64,000 nucleotides of DNA from contig NC_057719.1 of NCBI RefSeq assembly GCF_004010195.1, forward strand, positions 27,773,458 to 27,837,457, given 5' to 3'. Made by a program: the position numbers and the translations under genes. Shown here one piece after another: positions 50,239-62,655 of the stretch (position 1 is the stretch's first letter; the number at the start of each line of letters is the position of its first letter). Under the pieces are notes generated by a model, which had not been told where the DNA came from, ran no database searches, and was given only the letters and a program-made list of their open reading frames with translations. This DNA is from Chiloscyllium plagiosum. Lineage: Eukaryota.

Positions 50239-52036
50239 CTATCTTAATATTCCTTAAATTATTGACAGAGATATTGCTGGACAACATTGGCAGTTGTGTT
50301 CTAAATTGTGCAATATTATTAGATGTCAACAAGTTTTTAATACTATCTTATTGTATTTTTAAGGTTTTTAGTTTGAGATTGATTGATTGAAAAGTTAATT
50401 TGGATGATGTACTAAATTGAGTTTTTTGTCTAAAACTAGACAGACCAATGTTTGTTACTAGAAGAAAGTGAGGACTAGAGATCAGAGTCAAAAAGTTATG
50501 CCTGAAATGTCGACTCTCTTGCTCCTCGGATGCTACCTGACCTGATGTGCTTTTCCAGCACCACACTTTTTGATAATGTTTGGTATCTGGTCTGTACTGA
50601 ATTTTCTGCATGAGTACTACAGTTGAATTTAGCACTCCTAAACTTATCGAGAGGGCAAGGAAGGGTAATCAGTCATTGTTTGAGATTTCTTTCTATCTTT
50701 ATGTGTAAATATATATGGAATACTAATGTCTGAGGAAAGGGTTGGATAAGTTATAATTTTTACCTTCATCTGATCAAACTGCCTATTGACATCTGTTGTT
50801 CATTTTTATGCATAGCGATCAACCTGTAAGGAGCTGACGTGGCTAATGGGATCCAAAGGACATGCTGAATTTTTGAAACATACTCTTGCATGTAACTTTT
50901 TCACAAGAGAATGGGCTAAGCACTGTTTTCCCTCCAGAAACTTGCTAAGTTAGATATCTGCTTGATCTCAAAAATAATCTACGTAGAATTCTGTGAAGAA
51001 CTATCCTTGCATGGAAATCTCATTATCATGCACGTCTCTTCAGATTGCCAGACGATCTCAATTTGTACAGCCATACGTTTTGATGGGAGAAAAACAGTGG
51101 CTTGCCAGCTACCATCCAGCAGTGGTAACTTATTTGTTCTTTTACTATCAGAGAATTGCTTTTAGTGCTGCATAGGAAGACTAAAAGGATGCCTGGAAAG
51201 ATAGCTGTGTGTTTGGTCATGAAAATGTGCTTTGGTTCTTGGTAAGGAAGGGTATGTCTTCAGCTTGGATAAGCTCCATGCAACAGTGTTTTAAGGTGAT
51301 GAATTTTTAATTAAGTAAATGTTATTGATATACTTAATTGTATTTGATAACTTTTTAAATAATTTATTCCCTCTAATAACATTAGTTGGTTTCCTCTCAT
51401 GTTTGCAATATATGGTTGGATTATCAAGCTGACATTGCAAATTTATATTAGTATGCTAAATCTATTTCCCAAAGCGCACACCTGCATGTTCACACCCACA
51501 ATAAAACATTCTCTATACTTTTTAAAGAAATCAACAGGGCCCTGTATTATTTAGTTTTGATTGTTTGTTTGTAAAGCCTCCGTTGCAAATAAGGAATAGT
51601 TTAATGCATCTCTCTGTAGAAAAAAAAGTCACTTTGATATTCTCTAATACTTGTAGCATGTGAAATATCTTGCATTTAAAGGTTTAAAATTGGCTCTTGT
51701 TTTTAATCTCTGTCGTATAGCATTCCTCAGGGGAAGCATTTCCTCAGGCCATGTGAGTAAATTTATCAAAGCTCCCCTCTGGTTTCTGAACAATTATATT
51801 TTTACAGTCTTCATTCTGAAATTGTTCCAGAAGCTTACTCTGCTTCAAAACACTGCAGTGGCTTTTGTGGCACATGGGCCGCTATGCTTGGTTACTTCAA
51901 GAATCAGTCCGTATTTGTAACAATCTGGCCATTGGTTGCACTTCAAGCCTACTCTAGATTATGAAATTTATTGCCCCAGATATTTTCCACCATGTTTTCT
52001 ATGAAAACTGGGAAGAGTGGGGCATGATTCAGATCA

Positions 52037-52144
52037 GGGTCTAGATTAGAGTGGTGCTGGAAAAGCACAGCAGGTCAGGCAGCATCCGAGGAGCAGGAAA
52101 ATCGATGTTTTGGGCAAAAGCCCTTCATCAGGAACCAGATGATT
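52037..52144 (-). mobile_element. Penelope-like hammerhead mini-element
   Basis: 14-bp TSD catgattcagatca at 52023-52036 and 52145-52158. Minus strand reads CTGATGA-AGGGC-TTTT-GCCC-AAAA-CATC (two CpG-type decays). Confidence 0.8.
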
Positions 52145-52961
52145 CATGATTCAGATCATAATAGTCTTGTGCAGCATCCAACATTTGCTTGAGTTAAGGT
52201 ATTGTTTCCCGCTGGAGTTGTGGGCTGAATTTAGCAGAGTGATGAGATATACTGCTTTCTAAGGCTCTAAGGTCCTGTTGTGAACTGAGTTTGAATTGCA
52301 ATTCAGTTTCTCAAAAGTATAGATGAGCTATATGTTGAGACCATCACTATTTTGTTTTAAATTTTCTCATTTTTTGGTTTGGATCTGCAAGTTGCAGTTG
52401 AGATTTGAACTTTGAAAAGCAGCTTGTTTCAAGAAAAAGAGAACAAGAAACTTACGTTTACTGTTGGGAACTGACAGAAAGATAATGCAGGTTAATTATT
52501 TCTCTAAGAACACTGTTCACAATTTGGCATCACGATGTTGTTATACTCAGGGACTGGCAGCTGGTTGGATGTTGACTTGATCAACGAAGGAGTACTGGTG
52601 CTGGCCAGCCAACCACAGGGAATGTTAAAAACAAAAAAAAGTCAACTGGCTCTGTCTAGATTTTTGAGCAGGAGACAATTTGCTTTAGAAACTGACAAGG
52701 GGAAGCTTTTTTTTTATTTTGTGCTGTCTAGTTCTTCTCTAGCTAGTGATCTGTTGTAAGTTCTCAGTTAAGAATCTCTGTCTTTACGAAATGATAATAA
52801 GGCTTTAGAAATATGCAAAAACTGTTTGCATTGTCTGGTAAATTTGAAATTCAAGTAAAATGTATAACTCTACATATCTGTAATATAAGCCTGAATCAAA
52901 AGGTTTAATGAAGGCCTGGCATTCATTGTTGAAGTGGTCGTCAAACTGGCAAATTTATCAG

Positions 52962-53102
52962 TTGGCCATGCTAAATTGCCTGTAATGTTAGGTGAAGGGG
53001 TAAATGTAGGGGAATGGGTATGGGTGGGTTGCGCTTCGGCGGGTCGCTGTGGACTTGTTGGGCCGAAGAGCCTGTTTCCACACTGTAAGTAATCTAATCT
53101 AA
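52962..53102 (+). mobile_element. HE1-type SINE 3' half
   Basis: ttggccatgctaaattgcc..gtggacttgttgggccgaa..(aatct)n. Confidence 0.85.
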
Positions 53103-53135
53103 AAAAGAATGAAACTTGGCTGCAGGAAATATAGT

Positions 53136-53168
53136 GGGCCACCTAGTGGCTGAATTAGCTTTTGCAGT
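53136..53168 (-). promoter_or_regulatory. CTCF motif (reverse) with upstream module
   Basis: Minus CCACTAGGTGGC (53149-53138) matches CCASYAGRKGGC exactly; a TGCA starts 17 nt upstream. Confidence 0.65.
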
Positions 53169-53480
53169 ATAACTATCAAATTGCTGAAAGTTCCCATTGT
53201 GCCAGTCAATAGCCAGCAAAAACATGAATTCTATTAAAAGGACAGGGAAGAACAAAACTTTAATGAGAAGGTCAAAGTGGCCTTAATTTCTCTATTGGCT
53301 GCACACTGAGTTCTCTGTTCTTCACTGGATTTTAATTTTCCTTTTCTTAAGAATGTAAGATTCAAGAGTGGGTCGGGCATCCCCTCTGAGTCTGCTGCTC
53401 CATTACAATTAATGACAGGATGAGTCTATTACTTGTGATTGGTAGTAGTAGGAGGGAACAAGGATGGGAAGGAGTAAGGA

Positions 53481-53715
53481 GAAAATAATATTCTGGATAG
53501 AGTTAGGTACAGAGGGACAGGAAGAATGTCTGACTTTGGAAAGGTGATAAATGCATAAATTACTTTTTTGAGCAATTAAGTATCAAAAGCTGGTATCATG
53601 AAAATAATATTCTGGATAGAGTACAGAGGGACAGGAAGAATGTCTGACTTTGGAAAGGTGGTAAGTGCATAAATTACTTTTTTGAGCAATTAAGTATCAA
53701 AAGCTGGTATCATGA
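53481..53715. repeat. Tandem duplication of a ~117-bp unique sequence
   Basis: 53481-53599 and 53600-53713 differ by a 5-bp indel and two substitutions. Confidence 0.93.
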
Positions 53716-56259
53716 TAAAAGATAATAAACAGATTTAAATTTGCAAAACTAAGCCAGTACCTAATGCACAGTTACATTAAATAAGGAGCTGCATAGATTA
53801 AAAAGAACATGGGTAATTAAAGAGTAGCATGTGGTCTGTATCCACTGAGGCAGTTAGTTGTGTTTGATTATAATAAGCTGTCATGGTTTCAAATGTAACA
53901 TTCCTCTGTCATCAAATCACTGGTGAAGGTATCCCTCAACACAAAGGGTTGAAGGAATTTTGAAAGCTGGGACAATAGAGAACAAAGATGTAGAACATCC
54001 CTAGGGCTTGTAAATTCACCAACTTGGCTAATGTACTTGCTTCACTTCTCAAAGATAAATAAAGATGAAGGTAAATTATAAATAGTATGCTGTTTTGACC
54101 TGCTGTAATCTTAAGAATAAAATGGTTTTAGCATGCAATGCCTGACCATAGGGATTAGGTGTGGAATTATCTCTCAGATGGAAGATTGTCTGGAAAAGTT
54201 TGTAGTATCTGTTTTATATGAACAGTAAGATCAAAATTGCTCACGTTGACAAAGGCATTACTGATCATATATAGGGTTAAGTTCCATACTTCCTTGGACA
54301 GTAGAAAGTTTACTTTGACATTCCACCAAGCTCTTATGATGAGAAGTATGGAAATTACCATCCAGCTGGTCATCAAACAAATACCTTCGTAACACCATTT
54401 GATGCTGGATGATATGGTGTATTAAAATGTGTTCGACTCCATTTTTACTCCCAATATTTCAAATTCCTCCAATCTAGACTGTTGACCGTTACCATGACAC
54501 CATCTCTGGCAACCCAAAATCAGTTTTGATTCAGAGAAAAGATACCTAATGGCGATATAGGTTCAGGGAGGAGTGTTAATTTTTCACTCTACTCATTGGA
54601 CTTTAGAAGATTGAGGTGATCTCAGTGAAACAAACATAAGCTGGTTCTTATGTGGCTTGATAGGATAAATGCTAAGAGAATGTTTCCCCTCATGGGAAAA
54701 TGTAGGACCAGAGGCCATAAGTAATGGGGTGCTGACTTAAGGAAGAATTTTTTGGGTTGAGTGCCTTTGGAACTCCTTGCCACAGAGGACTGTAGGGATC
54801 ACAGTCCTTGTGTATATTTAAGGCCGAGATGAACACATTCTTTGTCACTACTGAAGGGTTACAGGGAAAAGGCAGAAAAGTGGACATGACGTGAGGAATG
54901 TTAAATTAGCCATGATCATATAAAATGGTAGAGTGGGAGGGGGCTGCTGAAAGGCCTACTCCTGTCTTTATTTATGGTCTCAAATGGATCTTCAATTTGC
55001 AAATTAAATATCATGCAAATACAGACATTCTTGAGAATCCCCATTTGAAAACCAATTTTCTTTTTTAGCCACCAAGTTACATGTTAATTCTTTACACACA
55101 TGATATTTGTTTGCCATATAAATTTTTTAAATAATAAACTCCAGAATCTGGTGTTTAATCACAAAGTAAATGGGTGATCTAAAGAATGTAATGAGAAATC
55201 ACCAATGTATTTCACATGTAGGAATGAGCTCCGTCTAGATTGGGGCTACCTCCTATGGGATTTTAAGAGCTGTTATTCTACCAAGGGTTATTGTTACTTC
55301 AACTAGTAACTTTAAGAGTGTACAGATATATTCTGCAGGAAAGCAAGAGCAAGCAGATGGAGCAAGATATTGAAGAAAGGTTGAGGTGTCTCAGAATGGG
55401 ATCCAAAAGTTTCCTTTCATTCCATGGTAAAACTCAAAATTACAGGAACAATATATAGATTCCTTGAAGTAGAAGGGCAAGAGTCCTTTGTATTGTTTGA
55501 TAGCTATAACAAGGGAGAAACACCAAGTTTATGCTGAATATGACAAATGTCCAAAAACTATTGAGGTTTTGGGAAGTGGATTCATAATTTCTAGATTCAG
55601 ATTATGGTGAACAGTTTACATTAGAGGAATTTTAAATGAGTAAAATTGGAGACAAACCTTACTTTTAATACCAGCAATGTTTCAGCATCTAATAGTGTTG
55701 TAGAAGTGTATAAATTGTGAAGAGATTTGCAGAAGTATGTACTTAGAAATTACTTCCTTAGCTTGTCACTATCTGATTTTGGGACGAGCTGACTAACTTT
55801 CTGCTCTTTTCTCATCCACACCAACTACAATAGGTTGTCCACCTTACAATTTGGTGTTTAAACATGAAATTGAGCTTGCTTAAGCCTGATGTCAATTGAA
55901 AGGAACAATGTAAGGAATCAGACATGAAAACCAGAAATAGTACATCTTTGGAGTTGTGAAGAGACTAGATGCATTCACCTATCTAGTGAAGATTAGAGAG
56001 ACTGTAGATCATGGTGATAATTTAAGAGGAAATCTGGCTATAGGAGAGCAGGAGAAACCTACAACCCAAATCCTTCCAAAAACCCAAAATGAATGTCATT
56101 AAAGTGGAAATGAAAAAGAAACTGGAAATTTGCAGATATTAGAATAAAATGAGTTAGGGTCTTTGATTAAGACACCCATCAATGCTGGTGTACCTCAGTA
56201 GTAAGTTGTGGTAGCTGATAATGTATATTGTTGGTCATATAGAGGCCAAGCCTACGGAA

Positions 56260-56485
56260 TTAAAATTCACACAACAGGTTATAGTCCAACAGGTTTATTT
56301 GGTAGCACTATCTTTCAGACCACTGCTCCTTCATCAGGTGGTTATGCAGTATAAGATCATAAGACACAGAATTTATAGCAAAAGTTTACAGTGTGCTGTA
56401 ACTGAAGTTACATATTGAAAAAGACCTGGATTGTTTAAGTCTCTTGTCTTTTAGTATGAACATGTTGGTTTCAGTTCTTGTATAT
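56260..56485 (-). mobile_element. Penelope-like terminal arm
   Basis: Same sequence as 34950-35180; decayed hammerhead on the minus strand at ~56305-56340. Confidence 0.8.
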
Positions 56486-58116
56486 TCAGCACCTGAAGTG
56501 CATATACTTTGATGCAAGGAGTATAGCGAGTAAGGCAGATGAACTCAGCTTGGATTAGTGCCTGGGCGTATGCTGTTATTGCGATCACAGACTTGGTTAA
56601 AGGAAGGGCATGATTGGCAGCTAAATCTTCAAGGATATAGATGCTTCAGACAGGACAGAGAGGGAAGTAAAAGTAAGGGAGGAGTTGCATTGCTAGTCAG
56701 GGATGATATCACGGCTGTGCTAAAGGAGGACACCTATGGAGGGCTTGAGTAGTGAGGCATTATGAGTAGAGCTGAGAAATAAGAAAGGTGCAGTTACATT
56801 GTTGGGGCTGTATTACAGACTTCTCAACAGTGAGTGTGAGGTAGAAGAATAAATAGGTAAACACATTATGGAAAGATGTAGAGGCAACAGGGTGGTGGTG
56901 ATGGGACATTTTCCCAACATTGACTGGGATACACTTACTGTTAGAGCTCTGGAAGGGGCAGAATTTGTAAGAAGCATCCAGGAGAGTTTTCTAGAGCAGT
57001 ATGTTGATAGTCCAAGGAGGGAAGGGGCCATATTGGACCTAGTGTTGGGGAATAAGCCAGACCAGGTGGTAGAAGTTGCAGTGGGGAATTTCTTTGGGAA
57101 TAGTGACCAAAATTCTGTAAGTGTCTACGAGTATTCTAAAAAAGACAAGAGTGGTCCTAAGGGAAGAGTACTAAACTGGGCCAAGGCCAATTTTTAAAAT
57201 TCTGCAGAAGTTGGGAAATCTGGATTGGGGGCAGCTATTTGAAGGGAAGTCCACATTTGATATGTGGGAGGCTTTCAAAGATAGGGTAGGATAGGCATGT
57301 GCCTTTGAAAACAGGGGATAAGAATAGCAAGATTCGTGAATTGTGGTTGACAGGAGAAATCGTGCGATTAGCCAAGAGGAAAAGGGAAGCATACAATAAG
57401 GTCCAGGCAGCTCAGAACAGACCTTGGAGAAATATAGGGAGAGTAGGACCAATCTTAAGCGAGGAATCAAGCAGGCTAAAGGGGGCCATGAAATAATTTT
57501 AGTGAGCAGAATGAAGGAGAATCCCAAGGTCTTTTATTCATATATAAAAAGAAGCAAGAGGATAACTAGAGAAAGGATTGGTCCATTAAAGGATATGGAA
57601 GGTTGTGTCGAACCTGAGAAAATATGAGCGATTCTCAATGATTACTTTGCATCACTGTTCACGGAGGAGAGGGACATTATGAATGTTGAGAGTAGAAATA
57701 GAAGTTTGTTTGCTCTGGATCACCTTGACATAAGGAGGAAAGATGTGTTGGGTAGGCTAAGGTGGTCAAATCCCCAGGTACGGATAGGATCTATCCCAGG
57801 TTGCTGAGGGAGGCGAGAGACTGAATAGCTGGGGCCCTGACAGATATCTTTGTAGCATTCTTAAACATAGGTGAAGTGCCAGAGGACTGGAGGGTTGCTA
57901 ATGTTGTCCCCCTATACAAGAAGGGTAGTAGGGATATCCTGGGTAACTACAGACCAGTGAGCCTGACGTCAGTGGTGTGAAAGTTGCTGGGAGAAGGTAC
58001 TGAGGTATAAAATCTATTTATATTTGGAAAAGAATGGGCTTATCAGTGTTAGGCAACATGGTTTTGTGCGGGGGAGATTGTGCCTAACCAACTTAAGAGT
58101 TCTTTGAGGAAGTGAC
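56486..58116 (+). mobile_element. CR1 ORF2 internal fragment (EN to RT start), no 3' tail
   Basis: GGVALLVRD, ILDLVLGN, GNSDQNS, NYRPVSL- and QHGF-like sequence. Confidence 0.9.
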
Positions 58117-58727
58117 CCCACGACACTACACACACACCCCTACAGACCCTCTCTCATACGCTCACACATACACTTCCACACTCTCTCACTCTGACTTATG
58201 CCCCTTTACACTCTCACAGACACTCAACCCTCCCCCACTCCCTCTCCCTCCGAGTTTGTGGGGTGAATTTGTACTTGCAGAATTACATTTTATTTTGCTC
58301 AAAAACTGCATGAATCTATGTAAGATTCTGTAAATCTGTTTTTTAGATTAGAATCAGTCTGAAAGTTGTGGCACAGTCTCTTAAGGGTACCTCAAACCTT
58401 CGATGCATCATTTGGGCTGACGTGTCACAATTGTTAAAGTTCACTTGAGAACATAGCTTTAAAAAAGTTCTGCGATTTACATATGAAAGAACTGAAACCA
58501 ACACGTTCCTTCTAAAAGATGGGACACTTAAACAATCCAGGTCTTTTTCGGTATATAATTTGTTACATCACACTAAACAGTTGCTATTAATTGTGAATTA
58601 TGATCTTATACTCCACAACCACCTGAAGAAGGAGCAATGCTTGGAAAGCTAGTCTTTCCAAGTAAACCTGGTGTTGTGCTAATTTTAACTCTATATACCC
58701 CAGTCCAACACCGGCATCTCCACATCA
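58117..58727 (+). mobile_element. Penelope-like terminal remnant
   Basis: CA-rich tract plus family arm; CAC-CTGAAGA-AGGAGC-AAT-GCTTG-GAAA-GCTA-GT at 58620-58653. Confidence 0.8.
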
Positions 58728-59071
58728 AGCTGACTGAAGCCATGGTAATTCTTAATAGGTCACTATTGCCTCCCTACTCTCTAATATTTTAAGCATGATT
58801 TAATGAGGATTTATTAGGGTGGTATCAGGTTCAGGGGCTTCAGTTGATTAAAGTTGCTGAGCTAGTTCTCCATAAAGTAGAAGGTTATAGGGAGAGTTGA
58901 TAAATGCTCAAAATTATAAGGAGTTTTAGAGTGATAAGGAAAAGCTTCTGCGAGCAAAAGGGTCAGTAATGGAAGATAGATTTATGAACTTACAAAAACA
59001 GAGAGAAGGGTGAGAAATTTTACACAGCAAGTTATGATCTGAAATACACTAAAGCTTCTACTGATATTTCC

Positions 59072-59375
59072 TAGAATCCCTAGTGTGGAAACAGGCCATT
59101 TGGCCCACCAAGTCCACACCTACCCTCTGAAGAGTATCCCACCCAGACCCATTCCCCTACCCTAATACTCGACATTTCCCCTGACTAATGCACCTAGCAT
59201 ATACATCCCTGCACACTGTGGGCAATTTAGCCTGACCAATTCACCTAACCTTTACACATCTTTGGACTCTGGGAGGAAACCCAGTCACAGGGAGGAGGTG
59301 CAAACTCCACAGGGTCGACGGAGGCTGGAATTGAACCTGGGTCCCTGTGCTAACCACTGAGCCTCCATGTCACCC
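59072..59375 (-). mobile_element. HE1-type V-SINE with internal deletions
   Basis: Tail, V-domain remnants and ggaattgaacctggg B box. Confidence 0.85.
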
Positions 59376-59389
59376 ATGAATGCTGCCTG

Positions 59390-61025
59390 TGAAGAGAAAA
59401 CGACTGGTGAAGACAAATGTAGGTCTCTTGCAGTTAGAATCCAGTGAATTCATAATTGACGAAATAAAATAGCAAACTAGTTGAACAAAGATTTTGGATC
59501 TGTCTTCACTAAGGAGGACACATAATTTTCAGGAAATGCTAGGGGACGGAGTCCAGCATGAAGGAGGAACTGAAAGAAACTAGTCAGGAAATGGTACTGG
59601 GGAAATTGGGATTAAAACCTAATAAATCCCGAGGGTCTGATGCTCTGCATCCCAGAGTATTTAAGGAAGTAGCACTGGAATTGGAAGATCCATTGGTAAT
59701 CACTTTCCAATGGACTGGAGGGCAGCTAATGTAACTGTTTTAAAAAGAAGAAAAAAAAGGAGAGAAGAAATAGTGAATTATATGCCGGTTAGCCTGACAT
59801 CAGTGGTGGGGAAAATGCTGGAGTCAATCATTTCAAGGATGTAATAACTGAGCATTTGGACCAATTCTGTAACTACTTTCTAAGTCAGCATGGGTTCACT
59901 AAAGGGAAATCATGCTTGACAAATCTTCTGGAATTTTTTGAGAATGTGACCAGTAGAATAGACTATGGTAAATCAGTAGATGTTGTGTAAATGGACTTTT
60001 AAAAGGCTTTTGACAAGATTCCAAAAAAGAGGTGAGTAGACAAAATTCAAGTTGATGATATCAGAGGTAATATATTGACGTGGATAAAAAAAAAACTGGT
60101 TGGCAGACAGGAAGCAGAGAGTCACAATAAATGAGTCCTTTTCAGAGTGGCAGGCAATGGCGAGTGTGATGCTGCAGGATTCAGTGCTGGGACCCCAGCT
60201 ATTCACAACATACATTAATGATTTGGACGAAGAAATTGAATGCCATATCTCCAAATTTGCAGATGACACGAAGCTGGTTGGCAGTGTATGCTGTGAGGCT
60301 GAGTGGGCAAGTACTCGGCAAATGCAATGTTTTCCACTTCAGTCTCAACTGGAAGGCAGATTATCTGAATGGTGGCAGTTTAGGAAAAGGTAAGGTGCAA
60401 ACAAGACCAGAGTGCCATGGTACTCGCTGAAGGTTGGCATGCAAGTGCAGCAGGCAAGTGAGGAAAGCTAATGGCTTCATAGCAAGAGGATTTGAGTATC
60501 AGACGAAGGATATCTTGCTGCAATTATACAGGATCTTAGTAAGGCCACATCTTGAATACTGTGTGCAGTTTTGTCTCCTAGTCTGAGGAAGGACATTCTT
60601 GCTATTATTAAGGGAGTCCAGCAAAGGTTCACTAGACTGTTTCCCAGGATGGCAGGTCTGATGTGAGGAAAGACTAGATTGACAAGACCTGTATTTGCTG
60701 GAATTCAGAAGAACGAGGGGGAAATCTCAAACGTAAAATCCTGATGGGAAAGACAGGCTAGATGTAACAAGAATTTTCCTAACATTGGGAAATGCTGGAA
60801 TAAGGGATAAGACATTTAGGATTGAGATGAGGAAGAATTTCTTCACTGAGTTGTGAACCTGTGGAATTCTCTACCACAGGAAGCTTTTGGGCCAGTTCAA
60901 TAAATATATTCGAGAAGCTGAATGGGGAGAGGGCGGGAATGGGACACAGATTCAGTGTGATCATGCAAAGGTGGTGCCAGCTCCAAGGGCCAAATGGCCT
61001 ACTCCTGAATCTGTTTTCTGTTTCT
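59390..61025 (+). mobile_element. Older CR1 LINE
   Basis: QHGFTKGKSCLTNL-coding sequence, SVLGPQLFTTYINDLD and KFADDTK. Confidence 0.88.
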
Positions 61026-61369
61026 AAAGAACAGTGACATTGCTGTGGGGATAAATTTTTGGGTATGAGCTTTCTCTCAAAGCTGCTGCCAGACTTCAGC
61101 TGAGAATGTTTGTCAGAAGCTGAACACCAGATATATTTGAGGTGGTGTCACTAAGCACACTTGAGGCGCCCATAATTATGTAATCATGGAGAGGTGAGGT
61201 AAGGTAAATCACTTAGCTAAGTGCTAGTGGAATTATAGAATCACAGCAGTGCAGGTAGAGACCATTCAGCCCATAGACCCTCCAAACCTCATCCCAAACC
61301 AACCCTCCTCCCCAATTCTAAATTGGCTACAAGAAAAATGTAAAATGAGGTTTACACAATCTAATGGGT

Positions 61370-62655
61370 GAGCCTGGTCCACATATAATGTTTATTGATG
61401 TAATAAAACAATACAGTTAGTGTTAGATCCAACCACAAACAGTAAAAGATGACTGAGCATACGTTACATTTGCACGAGCAAAAGTGAGACTATGAAACCA
61501 TTTCAGTCAAGAACTGATTTGGGGCTGGGAATGGTAAGTTGGAAGAAGTCAAGAAAGGAAAATAACATACAATATAATCTACCTGATACTTTAATTGGGA
61601 TTTGCAAGTGACAGGGTGCTTCAGATTCAAGACAGAAGGGGTAACCAAACAGACTAGTCTTTTTCTAATACAATGCTATTTCAGTTACATTTACACTGGA
61701 TATTACTACCTACACATTGCAGAATAAGCAGCAACATTTATACTTAACGTATTGCTATGGTATTATAGTATGAACTTGTACAACTATAGTCAGATTTACC
61801 TGTGCTGACAATCAAGAGACTAATTATCAATAAAATGTTAAACAGCACAATAAAGATATTGTCCACATTCAATATTTCCAACCATCAGCTACATGACAGG
61901 AAGTCAGTCCTCATAGCTGACTAACACAAGCTGTTCTAGATTTTAAAAATGAAAATTAAAGTGAATATTTGTGTATGCATTCCACACTTAACATGATTTT
62001 TACTAAATAACTAAAAAAATCATTGTAGCTTTATCCTCTTAAAAACTAGATTTATAACTGCAAAACATACTGCATAAAGGACTGCTGGTACTTCTTAAGA
62101 AAATATATTTTGTGCAATTGTGGCTACAATTAACAGCTGGCAAAGCAACAATGCTTGTCAGGCAAGTATCCTAAAGTACGTGAAATATCGAAGCATCATA
62201 GACAATCTTGCCCATTCAAGTTTAAAGAATGGCCACAATTCTGACTAGAAAAAAGGTGCTACGTTCCCTTTAAGATTTGCTCAACGTCTTTGATTGAAAA
62301 CCATTATAAATTAGACACTTACGTAAAATGTTATCAATGCTCTTTAAAATAGACCATAAACTCATTTACATATGATGTGTCACTCATATAATCGATCCTC
62401 CAAATGCCATCCTAGGCTTGTCCATGTGCCTAAAAGCATCAAGTATAAAGATGATATTTTATAGAATTACAGACCTAGACCAATACTGCAAATAAACTGC
62501 AGGTCATGGATGGGGTCAGTGGTGGAGTACTGCTAACAGAAAAACTTCAGTACTGTAGCCAGGCTTCTATAACAATCAGATTTAGAAAATATAAATAACT
62601 GCTTTGGGTGATGGGGGCTTCACCATTGTCTGTTATTTTGTTCAGCCCTGTGAAC
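61370..62655 (-). other. HIF1A: HIF1A 3' UTR (~1.3 kb)
   Basis: Repeat-free AT-rich stretch after the stop codon. Blocks match recalled mammalian HIF1A 3' UTR sequence (gtagccacaattgcacaa..taccagcagt; tttgtggttggatctaacactaactgtattgtttt). Confidence 0.85.
61391..61396 (-). terminator. HIF1A: HIF1A polyadenylation signal AATAAA
   Basis: Minus strand ttacatcAATAAAcattatatgtggaccagg parallels the recalled human mRNA end. Confidence 0.85.

Noticed and set aside
61691..61700. miR-199a-5p seed site ACACTGG in the HIF1A 3' UTR
   Set aside because: It is on the plus strand, so it is not in the HIF1A mRNA.
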